From: Paraspadella gotoi
Taxonomy: Eukaryota; Animalia; Chaetognatha
Reading direction: 5' to 3'
Assembly (NCBI GenBank): GCA_051294375.1
Contig: CM119271.1
Coordinates: 12,510,373-12,574,372, forward strand
DNA: 64,000 nt
The notes beneath the pieces were generated by a model. It searched no databases, was not told the DNA's origin, and saw only the letters and a program-made list of their open reading frames with translations. Both the position numbers and the translations under genes were made by a program. Positions within the stretch are counted from its first letter, which is position 1. Every line of letters starts with the position of its first letter. Positions 12,023 through 24,893 of the stretch are shown one piece after another.

Positions 12023-12070
12023 GTACCAGACTCTCTGGAGGCGTGGGTTCGAATCCCATCACTGCCACCA
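12023..12070 (+). pseudogene. 3' half of tRNA-Leu (ACCAG stem, long variable arm, T-arm, acceptor strand) followed by CCA; no 5' half
   Basis: gtaccagactctctggaggcgtgggttcgaatcccatcactgcca-cca matches the remembered animal tRNA-Leu 3' half ..ACCAGTCTCTTCGGAGGCGTGGGTTCGAATCCCACCGCTGCCA. No D-arm or A-box upstream. Confidence 0.8.
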
Positions 12071-12559
12071 CATTGAAGGAAAAATATCTGAGAGAGAGGA
12101 TCAGAGGCAAGAGTGATTTTGACAGTTCAACGGTTCTCGCAAGCTGATTGGACGATTCCGGTTCCGGCCTCAGCCAATCAGCATTCGGCGATTGCCAGAT
12201 CCTCCGATCCGTTTTGGATTCTGGTAAGATCGATCGCCTGCGATGGTACAACAACAACAAAAATAACAACAACAACTCGTGAGTTATAACGAGATACATT
12301 TGATTGTGAGTGGAAGTAACTTCCTTTACCGAACCGTGGAGAAAGCGACGATGAAGAAGAAGACGAAAACGACGACAAAACGACGACGAAAACGACGACT
12401 ACAAAGTACTGAGGTTCGTTTTTCTCTTGGGGGTAAATCTGATGTAAAAGGGGTCTGCGACACGAGCTTGGAAGACGACGACGACGACGACGACGACGAC
12501 TACGACAACGGATGTAATGATGCACTGAGCGGTGACACGAACCAACACTGAAAACAAGC

Positions 12560-12770
12560 ACGCGGAAACCGGTGAACATTTTTGAACTTACAGGATCAAA
12601 CCTTGTCCCGTCCGGCGTTTGCACGGGCGAGTTGTGGCCCGCCGGGCGGCGCGTGAGGCCTTTACATGGAGTCCTTCGTTCACGAATGAGAGTTAGGTCT
12701 TTTGATTTTTGAACCGAAATCTGCCCTGTGAAGCTGTCGTGCGGTGCTTCGTGTCGTCGTCGTGCGTCGG
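12560..12770 (+). pseudogene. Duplicated 3' fragment of the FMO last exon
   Basis: Noisy match to 2630-2820 (..acttacaggatcaaaccttgtccc..ggcctttacatggagtc..). Confidence 0.75.
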
Positions 12771-15700
12771 TCGTCGGACCCCGTCGTCCGTTCAATCCTA
12801 TCGTTCATCAGTCGTCATTTCTTGTGTATGCGACTGTATCGGACTATCAAAGTGATCAAAAATGAAATACTTGTTTTGTTTTTTGATTTAGGATTTGTTT
12901 TTTTATTTCTAGTCAGTGTCTAGAACTCATAACTCTTAGATAAATTGCATCCAGACGTTAAATGCTTTGAACATTTTCCTTATCTTTATCTGTTAGACGC
13001 TTTTCAAATTGAGAACATTTTCAAACGAAATGTCTTATCGCATTATCATTATCATTAGTAATCATTGCGACTTCTTATTTTTTTTTTCCGGGGTTCATGA
13101 ATTAGTAGAACGGACAGAAATGTATAAGTCGAAACAGGAATAAGATAGTATAAATGTTCGCTACGGGAAACATGCCGAATTGGTTAGAATCGCGTCGAAC
13201 CAGAATATAATAACATCTAAGCCCAAACTTTGGACCAGGCTTGGGAGTTAATGATCGTCCTGTGATGGTCGTCCGTCTTGGTCGGTCGTGTTGCCCTTTT
13301 GTTATTTCCTAGTTTGTACGTCGTCATTATCATACTCGTTCGTTACTGCTCGCATCATCGTCATATTCATCATCATCAATCTATCATCATCATCAGCTCA
13401 TCATTCAATCCATCATCATCTATCATCTCTATCATCATCCTAGTCGTCGATTTTAAATATCGCGTCCAATATCGGGACCTTCTCCCGGGCCCCTCCGGCG
13501 TCTCGACCGGCGCCAAAATTCCGTCTCGGATCCGACGCGAAAATTTCGTGCCCCTCTGTGTCGGTCTGAGAATTTCAGTAGAAGGAATCTCCCTGGGTCT
13601 TATGGGGGCGACGACGACGACGGATAAGACCGAAAGAAGAGACGACGACTATGAGGAAAGACGAAACGACAACGGATGAAAAAGCCGGAAGGCGATGAAG
13701 GGACGAAAAAAGAAGACGACGACCAAGAAGAACGACGGCGGACGGGAGACGACTGTGTATGGGAATAAAAACAAAAGAACAATTTTTTTTCATCATCGTT
13801 CAATGAGATTCCTTCCCTTCGCCGAGCAGATCTCGGTTCTTTTCCTTTGTCCGACCGCATCCCCCCTTGCCCGTCTCTCGCTAAATATTCTTCCTTGATT
13901 TTTCTGTTCTCTTTTTGGATTGTCTCCGCTCTTCTCCATGATCTTTTTCCCGTCGTCCGTTCCTTCTCAACCGTTCTTCCCATTCTTTTTCCGGTTCTTC
14001 CTTTATTAACTCTGGTAACCCAAATTCTCCTTCGTCTCCAGAACCTCTTCCTCCCTTGTCCCCCATTCTCCTACTTCCCTTTTCTGCAAAATTTTTATTC
14101 CGTTCTTCATAATTCTTCCGCCATTCCTTCATTAGTATCTTCCACAGTTCTTTCCTCGCTTCATCCCACCGGGTTCTCCTTCATTCTCCATAGTTCTTAT
14201 CCCCGATCTTCCCCCTTTTCTTCTCGTCATTCATCCACCCAAGTTTGTCTCCGCATATTCCTTTCCCTAATCCCTTACCTCTAATCGCTTCCTATTCCTT
14301 TCCCTTCAATCCTTCCGTAATCCCTTCGCTTAACCTTCCCCTAATCCTTCCCTAATGCCTTTCCCGTAAATCCTTGCCTTAAGCCTTCCCTAATCCTTCC
14401 CCAATCCTCCGCTTAAATCCCTTTCTCAATCCTTCCCTAATCCTTCCCCCTAATCCTCCCCTTTAATCCCTTTACCTAAAAAATCCTTACCCCTAATCCT
14501 TTCCGTAATCCTTTTCTTTAACCTTTCCCCTTAATCCCTTCCCTAATCCTCATCCCTAATCCTTCCCCTAGATCGTCCCGCAATTCCTTCCCCCTATTGT
14601 TTCCTCCCCATTCCTTCCCGCCTATTACTTTACTAACCCTTCCCCCTCTGTATCCAATCCCCTATTCCTTCCCCAAATCCTTATCCCTCCCGCCCTCTAG
14701 GCGGCGATTGTTAACAAAGACTCGGTTCCTCGATGGGCGATGAATTTAATCGGGCCTTCGATTGCGTCGGAATAAGGTAGAGAGAAAAAAATTGTCTTAG
14801 CAAAGATGGCGGCTAGTGTCCCCGGTCTCGACTGTTCCCATCTTCCAATCCACCGGCCTGGTCCACAAAGCGCATGACCTGGGTTCCGCCTGGACCAATC
14901 CCTAGTTCCTTCGCCTATTGTTTGTTCCACTGGCATTTACGGGTTCATGTTTCTTCGGCTGGTCCATCCATGTCTACCATTGGTCTCCACAATCACCTTC
15001 CCCCAATGACCCACGCAGTTCCTCTCGGTCCGCGGCACTGGTCCCCGCCTGGTAGCCTGTTGCCGCTTTTCCTCTGTGTCCGCCCTTTAAGCGCCCCCCG
15101 CTGCCATCCGTATCCCTCGGGGTCCCGTTGGTCACCGACCCCCTGTCCCCCCATATTCATGAGCCAGGCCTCGTCCACCTGGTTCCGGCCTGGTTCTCCC
15201 CCATCGACACTGGTGCCATCTTTTTTTTTATCACCGGACATGCCCTGGTTACTCCTGTGTTATTGTTCAAAATGGTCCGCATTTCGCTTCGGACGTGAGA
15301 GCGAAGGAAGAAAAGGCAAAGGAAAGGTACAAAAGAATGTGAGAATTCTATTATCAAGTAATTAATATGTATAGATTCAAGAAGATATATTGAAATTATT
15401 TCAAAGGGGAATGAATTCTTTGGTTTATATTATCTATTTCTATTTTGAAACCCGAACATGTTCACTCTAAATAAATGTTGACAAAACTAATTAAGCAGCG
15501 TCATAGTAAACGAAGAAAAGGTTTTAAGAAGTCGGGTTTGGAGATAAACAAAAGTGCATTGGTACCATTTCATGCATTCTTGTTGATACAATTTTATTGT
15601 TTATTTTACATTTACATCTTCTTGGGCAGTTTTGTTAAGGGTCTTGTCTTGTCTTTTTCTCTTTCTTTTTTTGCTTCTTTTCTTTTTCTTATTATTTCTT

Positions 15701-16961
15701 TTTCTTTCTTTTTACTTTTTTTCTTATGTTCTTTTTTCTTAATTCGACTTTCCCCATGATTCCTCTTTCCTTTGCTGTCTTCCTTTTCTTTCTTTCTTTC
15801 TTTCCTGTTTCGCCTTGCTTCCATTCTACTTTTCCTTTCCTTTCTGGAGATATTGACCTAGATTGAAAAAACGAACGTCGGTATTTCATGACGGCCAACA
15901 ACGAAATACGAACCACAGACGCGGCCGACGGGATGACGCAAGCTCCAGTCGTTTTTCTACCGACACCGTTCAGTCTTTTCTACCAGCGCTGCTTGCCAGT
16001 CTTTTCTACGCTGCGCCAGTCGCAACGGCGAACACTTCCCATCCTTTACACCGGCGGCCGGCTACAGTCTTTTCTACCGGTGGCCAGCTCCCAAGTCTTG
16101 TTTTTATACCCGGCGCGCTCCAGTATTTCTACCTGTGCCACTCCAAGTACTTTTCTACCGCGCCTGTTTATATTTCTTAACCTCCTATTTTTTTAATCTT
16201 CGAGTCCTTGAAGTCTTTCAATTCTTCCCAACGAGATTCACAGGACCTTTGAATCTCTACATTGAAGGCGTCGGCATTTCCCACTCAGCCCCAACGCCCC
16301 CCCCAACGCCCCCCCTCTTTTGTCTCACACTGGACAGCGCCAATTTACAGTTCGTGAGAAGAACATAAAGAAAAGATTTCATTTGCCTTCTCAGGTGAGA
16401 CTGGAGATTTCCGAGCTTTGAGTAAAATGACAGATATCTAAATGATCCATGTGAGGTCGCGACGACAGGTTTCTGATTGGCGCAAGATTTAGTGGGCCAC
16501 ATGCATGAGATCCGCTGTCTGCGTCCTGAAATTGTCATGATATTATGCGGGCCTCGTTGAAGTAGAAACAATCCTTTCAGGGAAATGAAAAGTCTTTTCA
16601 AGATTGGAAAATCTTTTGGTTTGACAAAAGATGAACATGACCTAGAAGATCGTCTCTTGAGTTTACAATCTTTAGGCATTGTGACACACTACCGTTTGCC
16701 CACATATGTATAGCCAATCATTTGAGGATCCACAGGTTTCTGATTGATCTGCGTGATCTTACGGCCTAATCATCCAAGCAGGCGTTATGATTAGTGTGAA
16801 TTCGATATGAGGCCAATCATGAAATCGATGTTCTTGGGATTGGTACAGATATATAATACCCATCATCGGACCGTCGTTCTTTGTCGTTTCGCTTCGGGTT
16901 CAGCCGAGGGGAGTACAATCGTGATAAGGTGATGGGGCGGGGAGAAGAGAGAGTGAGAATA

Positions 16962-16998
<37 letters not shown>

Positions 16999-19900
16999 GA
17001 GAGAGAGAGAGAGAGAGAGAGAGAGGACGCGAGAGAGAGAGAACGCGGGGAGGAGATAAGAGACTCTTCTTCTTCTCTTTCAGACTCGTGGCTCTATTTC
17101 ACATCTTTCCGGATTTTGGGGGTGGGGAACGAAAGCGGATGCATTAAACTGAGGAGGAACGTGGTATGCGTTGTCGTCGTCGTCGTCGTTGTCTCGTCAG
17201 TTGTTGGTCGTCGTGTATCTGTCTCAGCCGTAAGGTTTTGTCTCTCAGTCTTCGCAGTCACCATCTTCTTTTCATCGTCCTCGGGTTCATACGTCGTCGT
17301 CGTCGTCGGTTTTATCGTCAGTTCTTAGTCATCCGTCGGTGGGTATCAGTACGGCGATCGTCGTTGTCCAAGTCATTCGTCCCACGTCTCGTCTTTGAAT
17401 TCATCATTCCTTGGTTGTCAGGCGTCGCCGGATTCAGATACTATTTCCTCCTCCTCTCCTCCTCGTCCACGTCTACTCCGGGTTTTTATAAGTTGATTCT
17501 TTTCTCTTTGATCTAATAGTAAGCGATGGACGGGACCCACAAGACAACAACAACCGTCTAATACGCAAAAAATGAAAGCTATTACCGGTCACTCGAAGGG
17601 ACGAGCAATGAATTCGTTGCCGATGGGAGAGGGACCCTAAATGCTTTGTGGATTGCATGCTCGAAGATTTCTTGCTTTTTTTATTCCAATTTGATATGAT
17701 TCATATTAATGGTTGTGGTGCATCTCGGGGACTAAAAGTATCGGGGACAATATAACGTGATAAAAGGGTAAGTGAATAACAGGATTTCTTAAAAGTGATA
17801 AAAGATAAAAGTGATAAAAGATAAAATGAATAAAATATAAATAGTGATAAAAATCAGATAAAAGTATAAAGATAAAATATAAGTGAAAGAATAAATGATA
17901 AAAGAATAAAGTGATAGAAAATAGATTCCGGCGCCAAAGCTTTTTTAAATCCTCGATCTCGTTTTAAAAAAAAAATGGATCATCTTCCGGAATGATGAAA
18001 AAGGTTCGCCAGGTTCGTCCGTCGTCCGTCGTTCGTTCGTCGTCATCTTCGCGTCGTTGTTGGTCGCGTCATGTATTTCGCGTCAATCGTCATCTTCGGC
18101 TGTCGTGTCCTCGTAATTATCTTCGTCGTCCGTCATCTTCGTCGTAGTCGTCGTCATCATCTTCGTCCATTCGTCGTCTTCGTTGTCCTTCATCTTCGTT
18201 TGTCGTCGTCGTTGTTAGTCGTCGTCGTCGTCGTCATCTTTCGTCGTCGTCGTCATCATCATTCGTCGTCGTCAATCTTCGTTGTCGTCATCATCTTCGT
18301 GGTTCGTCTCGTCCGTCGCTCGTTGTCGTCGCTCGTCCCGTCCCGTATTTTCGTCTAAAAGTCAGATGACAACTCTCTCACTGATAAAAGAGCTAGTTTG
18401 CCTCCGTAGGAATTATTCTGCGATATTTGGTTTTATTTTATTTTATTCTTATTTTTTTTTTTATTTATTTACTTCTCAGAAAATATATCCTAAGACATTA
18501 GATCGTTCTTATCAGCCATCAGTATCAACTTTGTCATTAAGACGTATTCTTTTGGCCCTTTGAAAGTGGATCTCCTCTTGCCTTAAGTGATCTCCTCTTA
18601 TGCCCTTGGAGGTGATTGCCCTCGTTTGCCTTGAAGTGATTCCACGTTGGCAATTGCCGTGATATACTTTGTCCTTTCGTCACAATTTTACCCATAATTA
18701 CAGAAAATATCTTTCTATTTTTCCTTTCTTTCTTTCTTTCTCTTCTTTTTCAGAAACGTTCGCGACGATTTGTGTGGCATACGATTCTTGAAGACCGTCG
18801 TCGGTCCGTCGTCGTCGTCGTCGGTCGTACGTTTTCGTCGTTGTAGTCGTCGGTCCTTTCTGTCTGAGGATTAGGACGCGTCTGCTCGAAATACGACAAA
18901 ATCAAAAGGAAGAAGAACACGAAGATATCGAGACGACGACGACAACGCGCGGACCGGACGACAGACGACCGCATCGACGCTAGACCGACGACGCTCGCCC
19001 CCTGCCCGAGGTGCCTGGTGCCGCCGGCCGGACCAGCGCACTCAGGACGCCTGACCAAGACCACCGTTGGAGTTTCTCCTTCTTAAGATTTACGGCGCGA
19101 GAAAGGGTGCAATCGCGACGATGTACACGTGGGCCGCTAAATTAAACAAAAAAGAAAGAATCAAAGGGGTTTTGAACGAGAATCCAAAGACGAAGAACTC
19201 GATCTTGCGAAATCGCAGTTGAATTAAAGATGAGTTTATGTGGTGAATTGTGGTGTGCAAAATGTCGGTGAACGAGTTAAGACCTAAGAGTGTTGAGGAG
19301 GTCGAGAAAACTGTTGCCCGGCGGCAAACAGTGTTTCTTGATGCAGACGTTTAATTATGTTAACATACTACTCTCTCTCTCTCTCTCTCTCTCCGTCTCT
19401 CTCTCTCTCATCTTCTCTCCTCGCATCTCTTCTCGTCTCTCTCTCTCTCTCTCTTCTCCATTATCAAATCCGGCAACTTCATCACAAAAGTTCGGGGTGC
19501 GTCGAAATTTCCGGCGAAACCGAATCCGACTTTCCGGCCGCTTGCGCGTCTCCCGCAGCCGCTGGACCCAGCCACCCTTCAGAGCAGGGGCGGCTACTCT
19601 GCAAGCCAACGCGCGGCGAGGCCTTTTGTTCAAAACTATAAAATTAGACTTTCTTTGTTGTTAATTTTTACTTACAGCCTTATTCAGCTTTCTTTGTCGG
19701 AAATTATTCCTCTCTACTCTCTCTCCTCTCTTCCTTCTCTCTCTCTCTCTCTCTCTCCTCGCTCTCTCTGCTCTTCTCATCTCTGATGAAGCGGCAAAAA
19801 TGAAAAAAAAAAATAATTTTTCTTCATGACAGCCATAGTTTAGAATATTTTAAATATAACTGAGTATTTTTCTAGTAAGTCAAATTTCTGCGTGGGGCAA

Positions 19901-20809
19901 ACCGTAACGAGGATCAGAGCCGTTCCGGCAACCGCGACAACAACCCGACAAAAGAGCCGGGACAACAAGCCGAAAATGCGGACAATGACGTTTGGAGATC
20001 AAATTCAATGAGAATTTCTTCTTTTTTCTCTTTTTCTTTCCTTTCAGACGGGGAAAAGAAAAAGTGATGAGCATTCTAAAGAAAATGAGGAGATCAGAAA
20101 AAAAGAGGGGAGAGACAAGGAGAAGTGAGGGGATAGTGGAGGCGATATAGGGGAGGGATAGAAGGGGATAGGAGGGAGGAGTAGAGGAGGGGATAGAGGG
20201 GGAGGGATAGAGCGAGGCGGCATGAAGGGGAGGGATTGAACCGCGGAAAGTAGGGGTAGGTGAGAGAGATGGGTAGGTGATGGAAAAAGGGTGAGTTTCC
20301 TCTCCAGTCAGCGTGGTGGCGGCTGTCGGGCCAACAATGGGTGGCTGTTTTTTCCCATCGGGTCAGTAAATTGGGTGAGTTTATTTGGTGAATGGGTTTC
20401 GGGCGACTCGTCGGGCTTCTCAGCTGCTCGTGGGAAAGAGGAAAGCGAGAAAGTAATGAAAGGAAAAGGAGAAAAGAAAGAAAAGAAAATAGAAAAAGGG
20501 AAAAGAAAAGAAAGAAAAAAAAGAAAAAGAAAAGAAGAAAGAAAAAGAAAAGAAAAAGAAAAAAAAGAAAAAAGAAAGAAAAGAAAGAAAAGAAAAGAAA
20601 AAGAAAAGAAAAGAAAAGAAAAAGAAATAAAGTCTAAAGAAAAAGTCTAATTGAGATACGTGATGTTATAAAACTTGACCAAAGAGATGACATGTCATTA
20701 ATGATAGAGATGATACTGATTGTCTTATCTAGTGTCCGTTTCGTTGATAAAAAAGGGAGATTCCTTGGATCAATACAAAGTAGAGGGGAGAGAGAGAGAG
20801 AGAGAGAAA

Positions 20810-20855
<46 letters not shown>

Positions 20856-21016
20856 AGAGAGAGAGAGAGAGCGTGGGAGAGGCCTCAGAAAAGTCTGTTT
20901 GTGAATGGAGATTCGAATGGAAAAGATAATAATAGAATCGGGGAAAGAGTAACTAATTGTGGGATTCGGTCGGAGAAACCTCTGAGTGCTTTGCCGAGAC
21001 TGAGAGAGGAGAGGAG

Positions 21017-21050
<34 letters not shown>

Positions 21051-21269
21051 GAGAGAGAAGAGAGAGAGAGAGGAGGAGAGAAGAGAGAGAGGAAATGAAA
21101 TCCCCGTCGGTAAGGTTAACCCGACGATGAGATTTTTCGCCCGCGAATGAAATGAAGAAAGGAGATAAGGAGGAGAGAGAGAGATACGAGAGGAAGGAGG
21201 ATAGGAGAGAGAGAGAGAGAGAGGAGAGAAAGAAAAAAGGGGTCTTCCTGACAGGCAGATACTATACAA

Positions 21270-21859
21270 TAGCCGGAACAGGTTGAAACTAGAAGTTCTC
21301 TCAAATAAATATGATAAAGTGACTTTAAAGAATATGAAAATAAATAAAAAATTTTAAAAAATTATCTTATTTAATAAGCGCAACGAGCATTTAAAGTTAT
21401 TTTATTACTATATATAGTTAAAAATTTTTTTTTGAATTTTTCATTTTTTTAATGGATTCTGATAGTAGCTTTAAAAGTTAGATAAAGGTTATTAATACAA
21501 ATTAAAATTTTTTTTGTTTTATTGATAAAAATTTTAAAAAAACTAGAAAAATTCTGCCAATGATGATGATGATGATGATTTTTTAACCGTTTTTTCTGTT
21601 TTTAAACCCAATTTCTGTCAAAATTTTAAAAAATTGTAGTACTAACTTTCATTTTAAACTTTTCAAGCTCTAAGAAGTCTAAAAACTAACTTTTTAAAAA
21701 AAAATTTTTTGTCATTTGTTATATATTAATAAATATTAAGCTCAGTGCAACAACCTGACATAATTCAAAAGTTGCATTGAAAATCGATTTAGTATAGAAG
21801 GAAAAAAGGAATTTTTTGACAGAATAAAGTTTAAAAGTGTTCAATTTTGGGCCCGCTTA
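21270..21859. mobile_element. ~590-bp AT-rich non-autonomous DNA transposon, hAT-like, with 8-9 bp target-site duplication
   Basis: Absent at the homologous site 12005-12014. Flanked by direct repeats tactataca (21260-21268 and 21858-21866). Termini are tagccgg.. and ..ccgctta. A second copy lies at 51921-52665. Confidence 0.75.
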
Positions 21860-21875
21860 CTATACAGATGGAATA

Positions 21876-21924
21876 GTACCAGTCTCTCTGGGGAAGCGTG
21901 GGTTCGAATCCCATCACTGCCACA
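21876..21924 (+). pseudogene. Second copy of the tRNA-Leu 3'-half fragment
   Basis: gtaccagtctctctggggaagcgtgggttcgaatcccatcactgccac. Confidence 0.75.
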
Positions 21925-22421
21925 CATTGAAGGAAAAATATCTGAGAGAGAGGATCAGAGGCAGAGTGATTTGACAGTTTCAACGGTTCTCGGAGCTGAT
22001 TGGACGATTCCGGTTCCGGCCTCAGCCCATCAGCATTCGGACGATTGCCAGATCCTCCGATCCGGTTTTGGATTCTGGTAGATCGATCGCCTGCGATGGT
22101 ACAACAACAACAAAAATAACAACGACAACTCGTGAGTATAAACGAGATACATTTGATTGGTGAGTGAAGTAACTTCCTTACCGAACCGTGGGAGAAAGCA
22201 CGATAGAAGAAGAAAACGACGACAAACGACGACCAAAACCGCGACTACAAAGTACTGAGGTTCGTTTTTCTCTTGGGAGGTAAATCTGATGTAAAAGGGC
22301 TGCCGACACGAGCTTGGAAGACGACGACGAAGACGACGACGGACTACGACAACGGATGTTAATGATGCACTGAGCGGTGACACGAACCAACACTGAAACA
22401 AGCCAGAGAGAGAAGAGAGAG

Positions 22422-22460
<39 letters not shown>

Positions 22461-22568
22461 ATGACAGAGACAAAGAGACCAGGGATAAATCGTAGTGAAT
22501 GTTAACGATTCTAAATGTGGAACAGATTCAAAAATCCGAGAAAATGATTGGGTCAGAATGAGGGAGAG

Positions 22569-22607
<39 letters not shown>

Positions 22608-22831
22608 AGAAGAGAGAAGGAGAGAGAGAGAGAGAGAGAGAGACAGGACAAGAAGGAAAGAAGAGCGAGAGAGAGATGAGGAGAGAGAGTGAGAGAGAAG
22701 ATACAGAGAAGAAGAGACAGAATATAGGATGTCAAGTGGATTAGTTAATTCGGACTTCCGGTAAAAAATGAAGGTAACCTTTTTCCTTTTCTTCTGAGAT
22801 TTCAAAATGAGGACAACTATTCCAGGTGAAT

Positions 22832-22862
<31 letters not shown>

Positions 22863-23132
22863 CGAGAGAGAGAGAGAGAGAGAGACCAGAGAGAGGAAGG
22901 AGCAGAGAGAAGAGAGGAGAGAAGAGACAGAAGAAGAGAGAGAGAGGATAAGAGAGAGAGAGTAGAGAGAGCAGAGAGATATATAAGAGAAGAAAAAGAG
23001 TATGGAGGGAGCAGAGTGATTTAAGAATTAAAATGCTTAGGATCATTTCGGGTCAAAGAAATGAAGGTCAACCTTTTCTCTCTCTTTTCTTTTTCTTGTT
23101 CAAAGGAAGCAGACGGGATACTTCGCCAGGGT

Positions 23133-23163
<31 letters not shown>

Positions 23164-23669
23164 AGAGATGAGAGAGAGAGAGAGAGAGCGAGAGAGAAGA
23201 GGAGAGAGAGAGAAGAGAGAGAGGAGAGAGAGAGGAAAGTATGGCCGACGCCTCTTTTCCACTCATTGAAATAAACAAGTTGCTTGTCGTGTGCCGGTTC
23301 GTCGTGTCGTCTTGTTTTGTCGTCTCGTTGTTTGTTGTTCTCGCTCTGATCGATTTCCATGGCAACGAACCTGATTATCTCTCGTTGTAAATAATAATCC
23401 AGAAACTGAGTCTACATTCCCGATTTGATCTTCTCTTGGGATCGAAAATCGATTAGGGAGGTAGAGAGAGGAGAGAGAGACACGTTGAGACGGGACTGCT
23501 TGATGGACAGACAGACTGGAATAAGAGAAGATGAAACAGAGAGCGGATTGGCGGGCGGGATTATAACTAGACAGACGATCGGATTAATAAACTGAAAGAC
23601 AGACTGACAACGGAAGAATTGCATTCGTGAATTGCAGACTTATACAAAGTAGAAGAAATAATAACTCCT

Positions 23670-23920
23670 AGACGGACTGAGAAATGGATGGACGGAAGAC
23701 CGTTTAATGACGGACGGACTGTTAAATGACGAACGGACGAAAGGACTGATAAATGGATGGACGGACAGACGGCGACGGAGGCACGGAGGCACGGACTGTT
23801 TAATTGACGGACGGAGGGAGAAACGAACTGTTTAATGGACGGATGGATGTATCGATAGACTGTTTAAATGGACAGATGGGTGGACTGTTTAATGGACGGA
23901 CGGACGGACGGACGGACAAG
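23670..23920. repeat. Degenerate GACGGACTGTTTAATG / (GACG)n minisatellite
   Basis: Direct inspection. Confidence 0.75.
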
Positions 23921-24008
23921 ATGCAGATGAAGAGTCCGTCTTTAAATTCGCGTTGGGATTCAGCGTCGATTCATTAATTCTCGGACTCAGCTCATTAATC
24001 CGAAGGTG

Positions 24009-24081
<73 letters not shown>

Positions 24082-24238
24082 TCTCTCTTTCCNNNNNNNN
24101 NNNNNNNNNNNNNNNNNCTCTCTCTCTCTCTCTTCAACATAAAGTTGACTCAAATAGAACGCCAACTATTACTCTTATTTCAAAATACACAAAGTTGGAC
24201 TAACAATTAAAATAATTTAATTTATTTTTTAGAAAAAA

Positions 24239-24239
<1 letters not shown>

Positions 24240-24314
<75 letters not shown>
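24240..24314. repeat. (TCAA)n microsatellite; (GATT)n also at 37414-37491
   Basis: Direct inspection. Confidence 0.95.
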
Positions 24315-24315
<1 letters not shown>

Positions 24316-24893
24316 GTATAACTAAGATTGAGAGATTCGAAAAACCAATGGACGAGGTATAACATTTAACAATGAGCTAACTCGACCTTTTGTGGCCAAC
24401 TAGCCTGATGTCAACTGGGCACCGGCAACTGTTACTAGCTTTAGGCCGACGAAAATACTAAAATTAAACAGAAGATTATAATAAATTAACGAGAATTACA
24501 ATCTGTCCAACAGGCTCTAAGATATAATTAGATAATAAACACTGAATGTAGGAAACAAGTTACAATTTACAAATAGTATATATGTTTTAATTTGTTGTTG
24601 AAGAAATCAATTTGGTCGGAGTAAAGTGCTAAGTTTAAGTCAATTGTAATTATAAACTAAACGTGGTAATAATGAAACTTTTATTTTAGTTAATCATACT
24701 TTTTTGATTTTTTTCCTTTATGAGCTTTTCTATAATCATTAAAATCAATATCATCTGCTTCATAATCCGCATTATAGATTTATTTATCAGTTTATTAAAT
24801 ATTAAATATTATACCGCTACATACCGCTATTTTTAACGGAGAAAAATTCAAAGTTCAAGTTACTAATCAAATAAACTGTCTTAATGAGTTTTT

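Larger units (their letters stand above)
12560..22400 (+). repeat. Second, indel-rich tandem copy of ~2630-12556
   Basis: Colinear anchors: 2641/12573 (acatttttgaacttacaggatcaa), 4730/14805, 8030/18355, 8880/19300, 10330/19868, 11400/20865, 12540/22383. Confidence 0.92.

Noticed and set aside
12023-12070. Functional tRNA-Leu gene
   Set aside because: No 5' acceptor strand, D-arm or complete anticodon arm in either copy.
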